This document shows positions 50,633 through 63,099 of a stretch of 64,000 bases of DNA, in pieces. The notes under the pieces were generated by a model that saw nothing but the letters and a program-made list of their open reading frames with translations, was not told the DNA's origin and ran no database searches. The DNA comes from Lama guanicoe (Eukaryota): assembly GCA_013239625.1 (NCBI GenBank), contig MU054323.1, positions 15,070,029 through 15,134,028 of the forward strand, given 5' to 3'. Position numbers and translations under genes: made by a program. Within the stretch, counting starts at the first letter, position 1. The number at the start of each line of letters is the position of its first letter.

Positions 50633-53089
50633 TATGGGTATTTTCAAGAGGGCTAGTAAGCCTCTTGATCTGTCTGCCTTCTCAATAATCAGTGCATTAC
50701 CCCGCAGGATAAAGCATCCGCAATGCCAGGTTATCTTCCCTATGCTTCTGTCCCCCTCAGGATTCTGGTTTGATCATTTATCATTAGATTTTTTGCTTGT
50801 TTGTTTGTTTTTCAGTACCTTTAAGCAGATTTTTTAAATCTGTTATTGAGTTGAGTTCAGTGAGAGTGTTGACATGAATTGCCCACCATATCTGGAAATA
50901 AAAGCTTCAAAGACCAAACCCACTACACAGCTTTTATGCCCAGAATACTCAATAATGTCTCTCTCTCTCTCTCCTTCTCTCACAATGTTTCACTACTAGT
51001 GAGAATTTGAGAGCTCCTCCATTTTCTGGGATAGTAAAGATTTTTCCAGTAAAGCTCTGACCTACTCTAACCAGACTTAAATCTCCAAGCCACACCCTTA
51101 TACTTCATCAGATGACACCATCTAGAGTCCTGCTGATAGATGATAACATTAAGGTGGGCAGTGTCCCACTTTATCATATATACTTCAAGAAAAGTTAGCC
51201 ATTCAGCCTCAGAAACAAAGGAATATGCTGTTATGAAGCCATGTCTAAATTCCACAATTGCAGCCTGTAGACTATCTAATGCCTACAAACTAATAACAGT
51301 CCATGGGTATGTTTTAACCACAACTTATTCACACACAAAAAAAACTTACTACACATATCATGTTGCAATTTTATTTATTTAATATCTCTATGAAATCCTC
51401 CTATGTAAGCATGTATGGTCCTTCCCATCTTACTCCTTTTAATATGTGTAGTGTTCAATTGCACTGGTATGTCATGGTTTATTTGTCATTATTTTAAAAT
51501 TCAAAACTAACAAAGATGTTACAGTCTTGTAGAAAAAGACTCTTACTATATATATTTCATAGAGTAGCGTAAATGAGAAAATGGCACCTTTTTAGCCCCT
51601 AAAACTCATATCTGGGCATATTGAATCTGTGGCAGCCCAGAGGCCGCTTTATCAGCATTCATCCCGAAAGGACATCCTGCCCATATTGCAGACCTGCGCA
51701 GGCTACATGGTCAAGGGGCTTGAGGATTGCTCATGATCGCTTATCGTGTTCCTAGTCAGCCCCCTTCACCTTCCCCATGGCATCTGTGTTATGATCCCTT
51801 TTAAGCTTGCTTTCCCAGCTCTTCACCATAAGTCATAATATTGCCTTATGTTCCACAGAGAACGTAGAAATATTTGAGAAGAATTCTCCTCACCTAACTT
51901 TACTGCAACCTCTGACTAACCTAAAACATTCTCCTGTCTTCTAGCATCTTGCTTCAGATGAAGATATTTCTCTTCTCCACCTGGACTCCACGAGATGGTC
52001 GGATGCATGTGAGTACCCAAATAGCAATGCATTCAGTACCCAGGGGATTAAACCACATGAAAGTTAACATGTATGCCTGACCTAAAAGGTATGAAATAGA
52101 AAAAAAATCTGTACATTGAAAGGAGAAAGGAGAGAAAATATGCAATATATTAACAACACTACACCTAGAATACCAAGCTTAATAATACTGCAGATTAAAA
52201 TAAAGTTACTGAACAATACATTGAATAAAAATTCAAGCATAGCAATCTCGATGCCCATTAATATTTAGTGTAACATTCCTGGCAAATTTGTATATATTGG
52301 CAGTAATCTTACAAAACTGAGACAATTGGAGGACTTTGCTGACAGCAGGAAAACCCCAAACTTTAATTCTCATTAAGCCTGAGTCAGATTAATAAGCATA
52401 CAGGTTTTTTATTATTTGAGATTAAAATAATTTCTATAGAATTGAAAGAAATGGGCATTACAGAGAAGGGAAAATATAGAGTCATAAACTTGGAAAAAAA
52501 TTATTTTAAAATAAATCAAAAAGCATTAAAAAAGTTTTTGCCAAATGTATCACTCCTTTTCATTATAAATTAATTATCTGGTCTCGTAATAATTGTTTCA
52601 TGTTCCCTTTTGGCAATTAGTCACTCACTAATTCTGTCAATGGTCATTATTATGCTGTTGGAGAAGAAAGTATCTCCTTTTTATAATTATTTGTTTCAAT
52701 TTATTAAAGAGTATTATTTTAAATTAGGACATTTATGATGTGGAATATTTTTTAATGACATTGATTATCCAAATAAAGCACAGGTAAATATTTTGCAAAT
52801 TTTAGCCAAGCATTGCAAGATCAGGTAAATTTTTGAATATACAGACTGTATATTAGACTCTTTATATATGAAAGGGCTTAACTTCATGAAAGCATCAGGT
52901 ATATAATGACTAGAAGTTTCCATCTGAACAGGTAAAATTATGAATTAGAAACAAATTGAGCAAAGGGTAAGCTTTATAAAAGTTTTTACCTTACTCAGTA
53001 ACTGTCCAAGCAAAAAGTTGTTGTGCACTTAAGAACTTAAACAGTTCCGAAGAAATCTCTTTATAGACTCTTAGAGAACCTTTGTAAGG

Positions 53090-53340
53090 CATCATTGGGC
53101 TTAATGGTCAAGAAACGGAACTTTGAATTTAGGCCAGCCTGGATTCTAATTCCAATTACAGCACTGTGTAATCTTCTGAGGATCACCTGAATTACTTAAA
53201 TTACTTCTCCAAGCCTCAGCTTTCTCATACATAAACAAGGATGAAAATACTGACCTCATAGCATTGGTGCTGAGAAGATGAAAGAAACACACATACACCA
53301 CGTAGCTTCATGTATAATTCCGTCAATAGAGTAGTCATTA
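53090..53340 (+). mobile_element. MIR SINE
   Basis: 'aatggtcaagaa...ggccagcctggattctaattcc...aagcctcagctttctcatacataaa...acctcatagcattggtgctgagaagatgaaa'. Confidence 0.8.
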
Positions 53341-55347
53341 TTGTGATTAGTATCATAAGTTAGCATTTAAAACTAATGTTATTCTTGTTTACCATGTTTA
53401 CATGTGCTCTAACATGTTTAAAAATTTGTTCAAAGGCAGTTCTTGAAATATTAAACACGCTCGTACCTGCTTCATTTGCTAAATGGAAGATGTGTAGTCT
53501 AGCCTGATCCCACTTGGATGATGAAAATTTATAAATTTATTCATTCATTTTTATCTTGAATTTTCATTTAAAAAGACTGTGCTGTAGAAGCAGAGAGTTC
53601 TGGAAGCCCCAGAAGGTAGCAGCAGAAGGTATGGGGAGTTAGAGGAAGAACAGGCACACCCCAGAATAGCACAAGCCATGCCGAAGCTGAAGGAAAATTC
53701 ATTTGGAGGCAATTATGTTTCCCCTCATTTTGTTCACTTTTCCATGCTGCCATCCCTGCAAGTATAAAGAGCTAATAAGGCTTTCTAAATGGCTGGTGCT
53801 GGTGAGTAGTCAAATATTTAGGAGCCAAGGGTCTTTAATCACCTAAGTGCTTTTCAATGAATACTGATGTGACAAAGGTTCATATTTAATTGATTCCAAA
53901 GTGACTTTATGCCAAGTAATGGTTTGCTAAAGAATTTGAAAAGGTAGCTACTTCCAGTTAAAAAGTATACATCTTCTTCTATGTCAGAGTTGTTACCAGA
54001 CATGTCAGAGCTAGTCACTAGGTCACGGAGACTCTGTGGAAATAGTAAATATAACCATGTCTCCCTGTGCCTGTGCACCTGCGGGAGGAAAGATGAAGGA
54101 GACAGGGCTAGCAATTATTTTAAATTTGTCTTATAAATTAAAGTGAATTTCCCTTAAAGAGCTCTAAAGACACAGCTAGTAGATACGATCAAAATACAAC
54201 ATTTTGAGAAGGAATACAAGAACACAGAGTAATCTAAATTTATCTATTATCAGTACTGGAAGTACATGCTTTGCTGCAGCAAAATGTATCCCAGTAAAGC
54301 TCAAGTAGAACTCTAATTTTGCTAGAGGGCACATATATATTTAAAATATTCATAAATATTTCCTCTACCATTAGAACGTTTTTTATTATTGCAAGAGCTA
54401 ATGTAAATCTAAGGAGGTCGATGAGCATTAATGTATAAAATTACTATCCTCTCACGTCGACTTATCACTGCAATCATTATTCTAACTAGAAGCATGCTAG
54501 AATGGTCTGAAAGCCCGAAGAGGGTAATAAGTGATTTGAATCACTGGTCTTATTACCTATTAACAGAAACCATCAGGAGAAGTTGATTTTTAGAAGAATC
54601 AGAACAGCTGGGAAAAAAGATAAGGGGATTGGAACTTGTGGGAAAAGCCTATTTTCACCAAACCCTTCTGTGACATCTAATGAGAAGATGGTTGTATTCT
54701 GTAAAGACATTTTAATAACACTTCCATAAAAGTGGAAGAGAGCATTTACAATGTCATTCCTTTAACAGTGTTTTTATGATAAATATTAAGGTCAGCCAAT
54801 AATGCCAAGAAATCCTCCACACAGGTGATGCATTACTATTGTAGTAAGCAAAGTGAAGAGATTTAAATTTTTTGGATAATAACGGAGGTAACTTATCTTG
54901 AATCACACACCTGTTGTATGTTTCTCATCTAAGTATTGCTTTGATGATTACCGTAAGGAAAGTTTCTCCTCTCACCTCACCACACACGTTTAAACCAAAC
55001 ACAGACATCAGAATGTGTATGTACACACCAGACTCACACTAAACGTAGCTACTAAAGGTTGGTTTTGCTGTTTACATATGAATACAATAGTTTTTGAAAT
55101 GCATTCTTCTAAAAACAACAATGCATGATACCAAGATGGCAGTCATATTTTTAAGACCAGCTGCAAAAAGAAAATGGTCACTTTCTTTAATCTCATTAGA
55201 TTTTCTAACTGTACAAAAAAATAAATAAATAGGTAATAACTTTGCTTAGCTGGAACTGATAAAATCAGTTTCTCTGTTAAGAAAGATGTTTTTATTTCAT
55301 TCAATTCAATATATGAGTTTCATGCACTTAAAATGTACTTGAGAAAA

Positions 55348-56184
55348 CAATTATCTCCCTTTACCTGTGGGAGTTATGTTCCAAGACCCCCAGTGGATGC
55401 CTGAAACCACAAATAGTACTGAACCCTGTAGATACTATGTTTTTTTCTATACAGACATACCTATGATGAACTTTAATTTATAAATTATGCACAGTAAGAG
55501 ATTAATAACAATAACCAATAATACAGTAAAAATAATTATAGTAATCTACTGTAATAAAAGTTATGTCAGTGTAGTTTCTCTCCCTTTCATTGTACAAATG
55601 TAATGCATTTTCCATCTTAACTAAGCACTTATCACACGCTGTGGCAATAACTTCTGCAGCTTGAAGTACAACAACAAAAACTAGCACGGATTTCTTTTTC
55701 CTTCTTCACAATTTCACAAATAGAAGATTAGTTCATAGTGTAGATCTTAGCAACCTCAGCACTTTTTTTTCTTTCCTTTTTAAGTCTGGAACTTGAACCT
55801 TTTCACATAAAGGAAGCACTTTACAGCTTCTCTTGGGCATATCCGAGTTGCCAGCATCCCTACTCTGTGTTCTGGGGTCATTATTAAGTAAAATAAGGGT
55901 GATGAACACAAGCACTGTGGTAGCACAGCAGTAGTCATCTGATAACCCAGATGGCCATTGAGTGACTAACACAGGATATTCCGGGCAAAGGGATGATTTA
56001 TGTATGTCCTAGGCAATGCTGAGCAGGACAGTGCAAGATTTCATCATGCTACTCAGAATGGCTGCAATTTAAAACTTATGAATTGGTTATTTCAGGGATT
56101 TTCCATTTCATATTTTTTGGACCATAGTTGACCACGGGTAACAGAAACCACAGAATCAAAACCACAGATAAGAAGGGACCACTG
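55348..56184 (-). mobile_element. MER44/Tigger7 (TcMar-Tigger) deletion derivative with transposase N-terminal remnant
   Basis: TIR-like ends. Frameshifted ORFs 'MPKRSCKVLPLCEKVQVPDLKRKEKK' and 'AAEVIATACDKCLVKMENALHLY' resemble the Tigger7 CENP-B-type HTH region. Confidence 0.9.
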
Positions 56185-57639
56185 TTTTCTCAGCAGTGCA
56201 TGGGGTACTACAAATCTCAGCCTTTAAGAGCCTTGTACTTGTAGAGAAAAAATTCTAATGTAAATATTGAAGCACAATAAAAACCATAGTATTTAGGCAC
56301 CAAAATAATTGCAAATGCCTCACAATTAGAAACAAGAAAGGTTACCATGAAAATTGAGTATGTTAATAGTCTTTAAGAAGAAGGCATTTCCTTGAAGAAG
56401 ATTTAGGATTAAAAAGTCAGAACAAAAAGATGACATATTTCCTTTCCTTAAAATTACTGTGTTTGTAGGATATTTTCCATCAAAGTTATAGTCACAATAT
56501 CAGTATAAACTAGAAATGGTATACCCTTGACATTGGAAAGAGATACACTAAAGAACTTTCTAATTTTCAGTTCACAAATGCTGCACTAGCATAAAAATTT
56601 CCCTGTGAAATAAAGTAACATTGATTAAATATTTGAAGTTGCCCTTTCTGACTCTTAGTAAGATTTACTATATAAGAGAAAATTCTGGGAGATACTGGCT
56701 AGGGGCAAGAAGAGTAACTAGATTCTCTTCTTAGCGCAAAGAGAATGGGACACATTGACATAGCTATGTCAGGGCGATGACAAGCAGCAGATCTTTGGGG
56801 ATGACTGACTGACAGTTCAAGAAGATCTCTAATTCCGGAGGGTTTACTACATAACCCAAGGTGAGGGAACTTTTGTGCTTTTTAAAAATACAAATGCTTT
56901 GACTCCCTCTGTATATTTTGAGGAAGATCAAGACATCTGCATGTTTTCAGATTCTTATAGGATTCTTATGTTCACCTACTCAAACCACCTACTAGAAAAA
57001 TTACCAGCCCCAAATGTCCCATGAATCATATTAAAAATCTGTGAATAATTAACTCCACTCCCAACACATCAGAATTTCTTGCCATAACTATGTCTGAAAC
57101 ACAACAAAATAAATTTCAGTGTCCACAATGAAACAGTAAGTAGCTTGATTATCAAAATAAGGACAATAAAAAATGAAATGCAAACCAGAGAAGATGGGTA
57201 TATATAAAATGCCAGAAACCTCAGAGTTTTGATGTCTTGGTGAAAAACATGACTTCAGTCTTTAAGAATTATTTTGGGAATACTCTGATGCCGTGTTATA
57301 GAAAAAGGTTGTATTTTAAAGAGATAACACAGCTTTATATTTCCATTTATTCATCATCTGTCCTCATAGAATAAACAAAACCCGCTTACAGAAAAGCCTT
57401 CCAAAAGAATAAGATAATTTAGAGAAATAGTGAGTTTGTTTCTTTACGCTAACCTCTTTTGAAGAACCAAATTGTTGTTCTTTGTATAATAGTATAGAAG
57501 TTGACCTGTTAAATGCCCAGCTCCTGCCAATCTTAATGACACCCATTTTCCCTCTATACTTACCCTCCAGAAAATTGCTTTACAAAAAATATGCTGCTAA
57601 TTCTCTGAAAAACAAAAATCTCTTTCATTGGAAATATTA

Positions 57640-59470
57640 GTACAAGAAATTTCCCCAAAAGCCATAACATTTTACTCAGAAATAAGAGATATATTTGCTT
57701 GGAAAGGAATATTGATAACTTAAATATGTCAATTCTTCAAATATTAATGGATGACATTAATGAAAATTCACAAACATCCCATGAGCATTTTTTATTAAAT
57801 TGATGTATTAGTTTCCTATCACTGCTGTAATAAATTACCACAAACTTGATGGTTTAAAAGAACATACATTTATCCTCACACAGTTCTGGACATAGAAGTC
57901 CAAAAGCAGATTCACTGCACTGAAATCAAGGTGTAGTGGCGTAGCACGGCGTAGGCACGGCCATGCTCCCTTGGGAGGCTCTAGGGAAGATTCCTTTTCC
58001 TTGCTTCCTGTGTCTAGACCTGCATTCCTTGCCTTCCTTGGCTCAGCGCCCTTTGTTCCATCTTCAAGGCAGGTAGAATCTTCAACTCTCTCTCTGTTCC
58101 ATCTTCACACAGCTTTATTCTCTGTAGTCAAATCTCCCTCTGTCTTCTACTTAAACAGACTAGTGATTACATCTAAGGCCTGTCTATCCAGGAAAATTTT
58201 CCCATCTAAAGTGCCTTCATTTAGTTATACCTTCAAGGACCCTTTTTCCATATAAGATAACGTTCACTAGTTACAGAAAATAGGACCTGGATATCTTTGA
58301 GGGTCATTATTCAGCCTACCAGAATTGACACTACAGTTCTTTATTTATTGGAAGTATAAACAAGCAATAGTAGCTGAAAAAATTTTGGAAAAGGAGAATA
58401 GGGAGGGGGAAATTGTATTACTAGATATTAAATTATCATTTAAACCTACAGTAATTACAGAAAAGACACCAGTGTAGGTTTCCAGCTAACCTTCTGGTAT
58501 GCATGAGAATGGAATATGTGATAAAATACCATAAGCCAATAAGGAAGAAATGAATTATTCATAAAATATAGGTATTTTCTTTAAAAAAAAAAGACAAATT
58601 AGAATATGTCATATGACATCATACTCGATATATTTTAGAAGGCCTAAAGAGTTAAATCAAATGAAAAAAATTAAATAATTTGAGAAAATTTATGGATATT
58701 TAACTGATCTTGTCTTATGTAAGGACCTTTTAAATATGAAGAGGGTAGAAAAAGATCATAAAGGTAAAGTTCAGTCAACTTGAGTGCATAAAAATTTTTA
58801 AAGCATATCCATCGAAAATATAAACAAAATTAAAAATCAAGCAAGAAATTGGAAAAATATTTTCAATAATATAGACAATTGGCTAATATTCTTAATATAA
58901 AATTGGCCTTATTAATAAGAAAACATAAAACCAAAATGGAAGAATGAATAGAAAGCCCACTTCTGGAAGAAGAAATACAAGTGTCTAGTAAACAAGAAAA
59001 CCCAATTACTCCTGAGTAATCAAAAAAATGCAAGTTAAAATAAGAAAGTGCTATTTCTTACCAATAAAATTGCATTATTTATGAAGATTAACATTCAGTG
59101 CTGCTCACAGTATGTAAAACAGGTGTTCGCAAACACCATCACAGAATATAAATTGTTATAATCTCTCCAGAAAGAAATTTAGCACAAAGGTATAAACAGG
59201 GACTTAAGTACAAACATAGCAACATTTCTTAAAATAGTTTTTAGAAAGTGAAAAAAAGGTACAATAAAACAGAAGTGATCAAATAAGCCAGTGTGATCCA
59301 TATGAACAAATAATATACAAACATTAAAAATTTGCATTATAAACATATATTAATCACCAGAAAATGACCTCAGTAAAATGCTAGGTTATTAAAGCAGAAT
59401 GCAAAATTGGATATACGTATATTCAAACAGAAACATACATTATATACCACCCTCAGGATATTGTGGGGAA
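57640..59470 (+). mobile_element. Decayed L1ME ORF2 3' region, split by a MaLR LTR
   Basis: 'gtcaattcttcaaatattaat...gtattactagatattaaa...ttcagtcaacttgagtgcataaaaattt...gagtaatcaaaaaaatgcaagttaaaataag' is sense L1 ORF2-like. Confidence 0.7.
57804..58323 (-). mobile_element. MLT1C/D-like MaLR solo LTR
   Basis: 'tgtattagtttcctatcactgctgtaataaattaccacaaac...ggaggctctagggaagattcc'; perfect 5-bp TSD ATTGA at 57799-57803 and 58324-58328. Confidence 0.9.
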
Positions 59471-59649
59471 AATCTTATGTGGACAAATAAGTTGAATTCA
59501 GTGAGTAATAAAATTTTAAATAAACTGTGATATTGGCTATGAAGGAACAGAGACTAGTAATAAGAGGTAACTGGGGGATAAGGGGAATTTCCCTAGATGG
59601 GGTAGTTATGAAAGGGCTCTGTGAGATGGTGGCATTTAACCTCAGACTA

Positions 59650-59714
59650 GAAGGAAGGAAAGAGAGATGGAAGGAGGGAAGGAAGGGAGGGAGGGACGGA
59701 GGGACGGAGGGACG
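59650..59714 (+). repeat. Compound GGAA/GGGA/GGGACGGA purine repeat within an antisense L2 remnant (about 59560-59900)
   Basis: Read directly; flanks such as 'ggtagttatgaaagggctctgtgagatggtggcatttaacctcagac' are L2-like. Confidence 0.85.
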
Positions 59715-60029
59715 ACCCACAAAAACTTATTAGAAAGCATTCTGGACTGAGGGACCAGCCTCTGCAAAGACGCTATGGAAGAGAAAGAGTTTAGCAGTTT
59801 CAGAGCTCTATAAAGAGGCCAATAGGGTTGGGAGGTAGTAGGTAGGAGGCAGAGAGGCTTGGGCTGTGGTTAGTAGAGAAAATAAGTGCTCAGATGGTTG
59901 TCACAGTGATGCTTATACCTAATGTTAATGTCTCCAGGTATTTATTTAAAATGCCGTTCTTATAAATATCTGTGTTCTTCGATCACAAATTGAGTAATAG
60001 TTTCAGCTTAATGTAAAAAAAAAAGCTTA

Positions 60030-60185
60030 TGTGATTATTATTATTTCCCTTTTTATAAGTGAGGAAACTGAGGCTTTGACAGTACCTTGAGTAAGATCAC
60101 ATGGATAGTGAGAAGCAGAGAAGGATTTGAACCAGGGCTGCTGCACTCAGAGCCTGCACTCTTAGGCATTCTTTCCTACTGCTTT
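60030..60185 (-). mobile_element. MIR SINE
   Basis: 'ttattatttcccttttt...gaggaaactgaggct...aagatcacatggatagtgagaagcagagaaggatttgaaccaggg'. Confidence 0.85.
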
Positions 60186-61246
60186 TCTGGAATATTACTC
60201 ATCAGCACATAGTTTACAAATTTGAATTCATGATAAGAAAGAGATAAGTATTCGTCTTCACACAGCCATTTGCTAGTTGTGTCATCTCAAACTACACACC
60301 TCTAAGCCTCCCTTTTTTCATCTCTAAACTAGGACCGATCACACCGTCCTTCCTACTTTATAAGTAACTAATAACAGACAAATCTGTGCAGCTGTTCTTT
60401 GTAAACTGTGATGTTTCTGTAAAAGAAACCAGATCTACTCAGCGTCCTGTCACCATGTGAGAAAGCTCATAGATGAAACAACTTGCATGAATAATATAAA
60501 AATTCAAGAAATAAGTTCGCCATAATAACTCTAAAACTTGCTTCAAATTACAGAGCTCCATTAAATCAATTGTAACATTTCTGTTATTACCACATTATAT
60601 CGCCATAATGAAGATAATAAATATCTGGCATTTACAGAGTTTCTTTCATCTAAATATTCCCATAGAGCTCAATCAACTTTATGTGCAAATTGATTATGAG
60701 CTATATATACAGGTGGGACAGAGAAGGCAGCATAAATCACACTAACAACAATGCAGATCTCTCTTCTTCCACCAGCTCCTTTTATCCAAGCCTCCTAATT
60801 GGTGCAAAAACAAGAGCCAAATGCTTCTAAAAATAATGAAAATGGAAGATAATTCTAAGAAGTCTCTTATCAATAGCCCACAGTCTAGCAAAAGGACTTG
60901 GAAAATAGGGTGAATAATTTGATAATATAGATATCATCATTTGCATTTTAATGCTTAAAGCAGGGCTATACTTTTAGAAGAGAGGTCAGCTTCAGACCAT
61001 TCAGAATCATCTGAATATGAGAGAAAAACACAGGAACTTTCTTTGTGGCAGGTTGTGGCTATGCTGGTATACATATGTCTCCTGGCACTTTCCCAAACAA
61101 TGAGAATCAGACGCTCATTCTCTCATGCCTTCGTGGTTTTATTTCCCAAAGGGCAGAATCCAATTCTCCCCTCTTAATTTCAATAAAATACTACGTAAAT
61201 CCCAATAGCGGTCAATAACTTCTTAATAACTTTATTAGCAATTACC

Positions 61247-61750
61247 CAGTGTGCTGGCTCTGTGCTATTCAGTGTAGCAGCCACTGACCACATGGGCTAC
61301 TGGACACGTGGATTTAGCTATGACACTGAAAAACTGAATTTTTAAAATTTTATTTCACTGTAGTGAGTATAAATTTAAACATAAAAACTTCTCAAATTTT
61401 AATTCTGTTTGGAACAACCTGGATATGTGAATCTCCTTTTTCAGCAGTAAATTATATGAAATCTAAGTGCAAGGCAAGTATTTTTGATAAAATTTTAGCC
61501 TCCAGATTGAGGTGTGCTGAAAACAAGCAATACACACAAAGTTTGAAAGACTTAGAAAGAAAAAAGAGAATGTAGGTAATCTCAATGATAATTTGTATAT
61601 TGATAATGAATTGAAATGATAACGTTTTAGATACATTGAGTTAATGTGTCCTTAAGACCTGTTTCTTTTAATTTATTTATTTTTATTGTGACTATTAGAA
61701 AATGTTAAAGTACCTTTGAAATCCACATTGTATTTCTATTGGACAAGTGT
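61247..61750 (+). mobile_element. Charlie1b/MER33-type hAT element with transposase C-terminal remnant
   Basis: ORF 61363-61575 'ILFGTTWICESPFSAVNYMKSKCKASIFDKILASRLRCA' resembles the hAT dimerisation domain; the ends match the Charlie1 family ('gcagccactgaccacatgg', 'tatttctattggaca'). Confidence 0.88.
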
Positions 61751-63099
61751 TCTGGAGGGTTTGAATTTCTACTTCCACCTCACTGTATTTCCTCATAATG
61801 GCGGGAGTCACTGAAATAATATAAGGAGCTCTTAACCCGGCCGATGAAAACCACAATGCAGTATTTCTAGTGGTGACTTGAAGAGTGAAATGCAGTCCTA
61901 GTCTTTCATCGTTGTCCTACTCTTTGAGCACAACTGAGTCCATCCGTCAGCTTCTGGACTTAACCTTCTCCATCTTTTAGCCCTTTCCTGGTCTCCATCA
62001 GCTTCCTCAGCTGCCCTCACTAGCGTTTCACATCCCCGGCTCTTTGCTCATGAGTCCTGGTAACCATCTCCTAGGCACACCATCGAGTGCCCCACAGAAA
62101 CTGAAAACCTTTTTCAGTTCCTCCCAAGTTCTCAAACCCTTACCCACATCAACAGTTTGAGGCAAATTCAAGGGAAATTTCCCTCCTTTTAACCTCAGAG
62201 ATTTTCTAAATCATCCCTTTACTGTAGCTTCTTTCCAATTGTTCTGCTTCATTCCAAATCCAGTAGCTTGCTCTTTACCCATGTTTTTGAAGGAATCTCC
62301 TTCCTCCTCCTAAGCAACCACCTCCTTTCAGCCTTTCATAACTTCCACTTCTGCCCATCTGTTGTTACGTCTCCTTCATCTCTTTCAGATGGAAAAGCCC
62401 CAACCCTTCTGGACTCTGAGTCAGAGCAGGGAAAGAGTGACCCAAGCAATAGACTTTTGTGGCTTCTCTGAGCCAGATCCCCTGTCCATGACCCCATTCT
62501 CTGGTTCAAGGTTTACTCCACTCAGTAATGCTGCCTGGTAAAACAGTGAGAGACCTGGTTCATAATTACATGTCTAATTTAATACTGATTTGGGCCAAAA
62601 TCAGAGAGTGAGGTGACAAGCCTGCGCTATCAGACAATCTCAGAATACCAGCTTGGTTTTATGTGCTTTTGTAAAACTCCAAGCCCCTCCCTCCTTTGTT
62701 CTCCCTCTTGACTCTCTCCAGGTTCCTACCCAGGACTTCCTCCAGGTTCCTGAGCTGGAACCAAATCAGGCCACACTTCCTGTCATTATCATGTCATCGT
62801 AATATGGGGAGTGGCTGGTGCCCAAGCTCCTTTGTTTCATCCTTCCTCAGTCCTTCCTTGGAGATAACCCTATTGCTAGTTGGTGTGTGCATACCATATG
62901 TGACCAAAATCACTGTGATCAAAACTACTTAAGAGCCAAATATCCTTTCCGGCAGAGCTCTCTGATGCCCAGGGATATTAAACTGACCTATTTCCCACTG
63001 TTCTTAGCCTTTGGTCTGATTTCTGGCAGAGGTCTACACTCACTTGCTTATATCTACGTATTGCTACAACATGGTTAGAATTAATTTTATATGCAGCTT

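Noticed and set aside
53854..54114. Minus-strand exon after the strong acceptor 'ctttcctcccgcag'
   Set aside because: No good donor nearby and no recognisable peptide.
55502..55972. Two ORFs as a domesticated Tigger (TIGD-like) gene
   Set aside because: Only N-terminal fragments in different frames, within an internally deleted MER44/Tigger7 element; no DDE domain.
61363..61575. hAT dimerisation-domain ORF as a ZBED-like gene
   Set aside because: A short remnant normally carried by non-autonomous Charlie1 derivatives.
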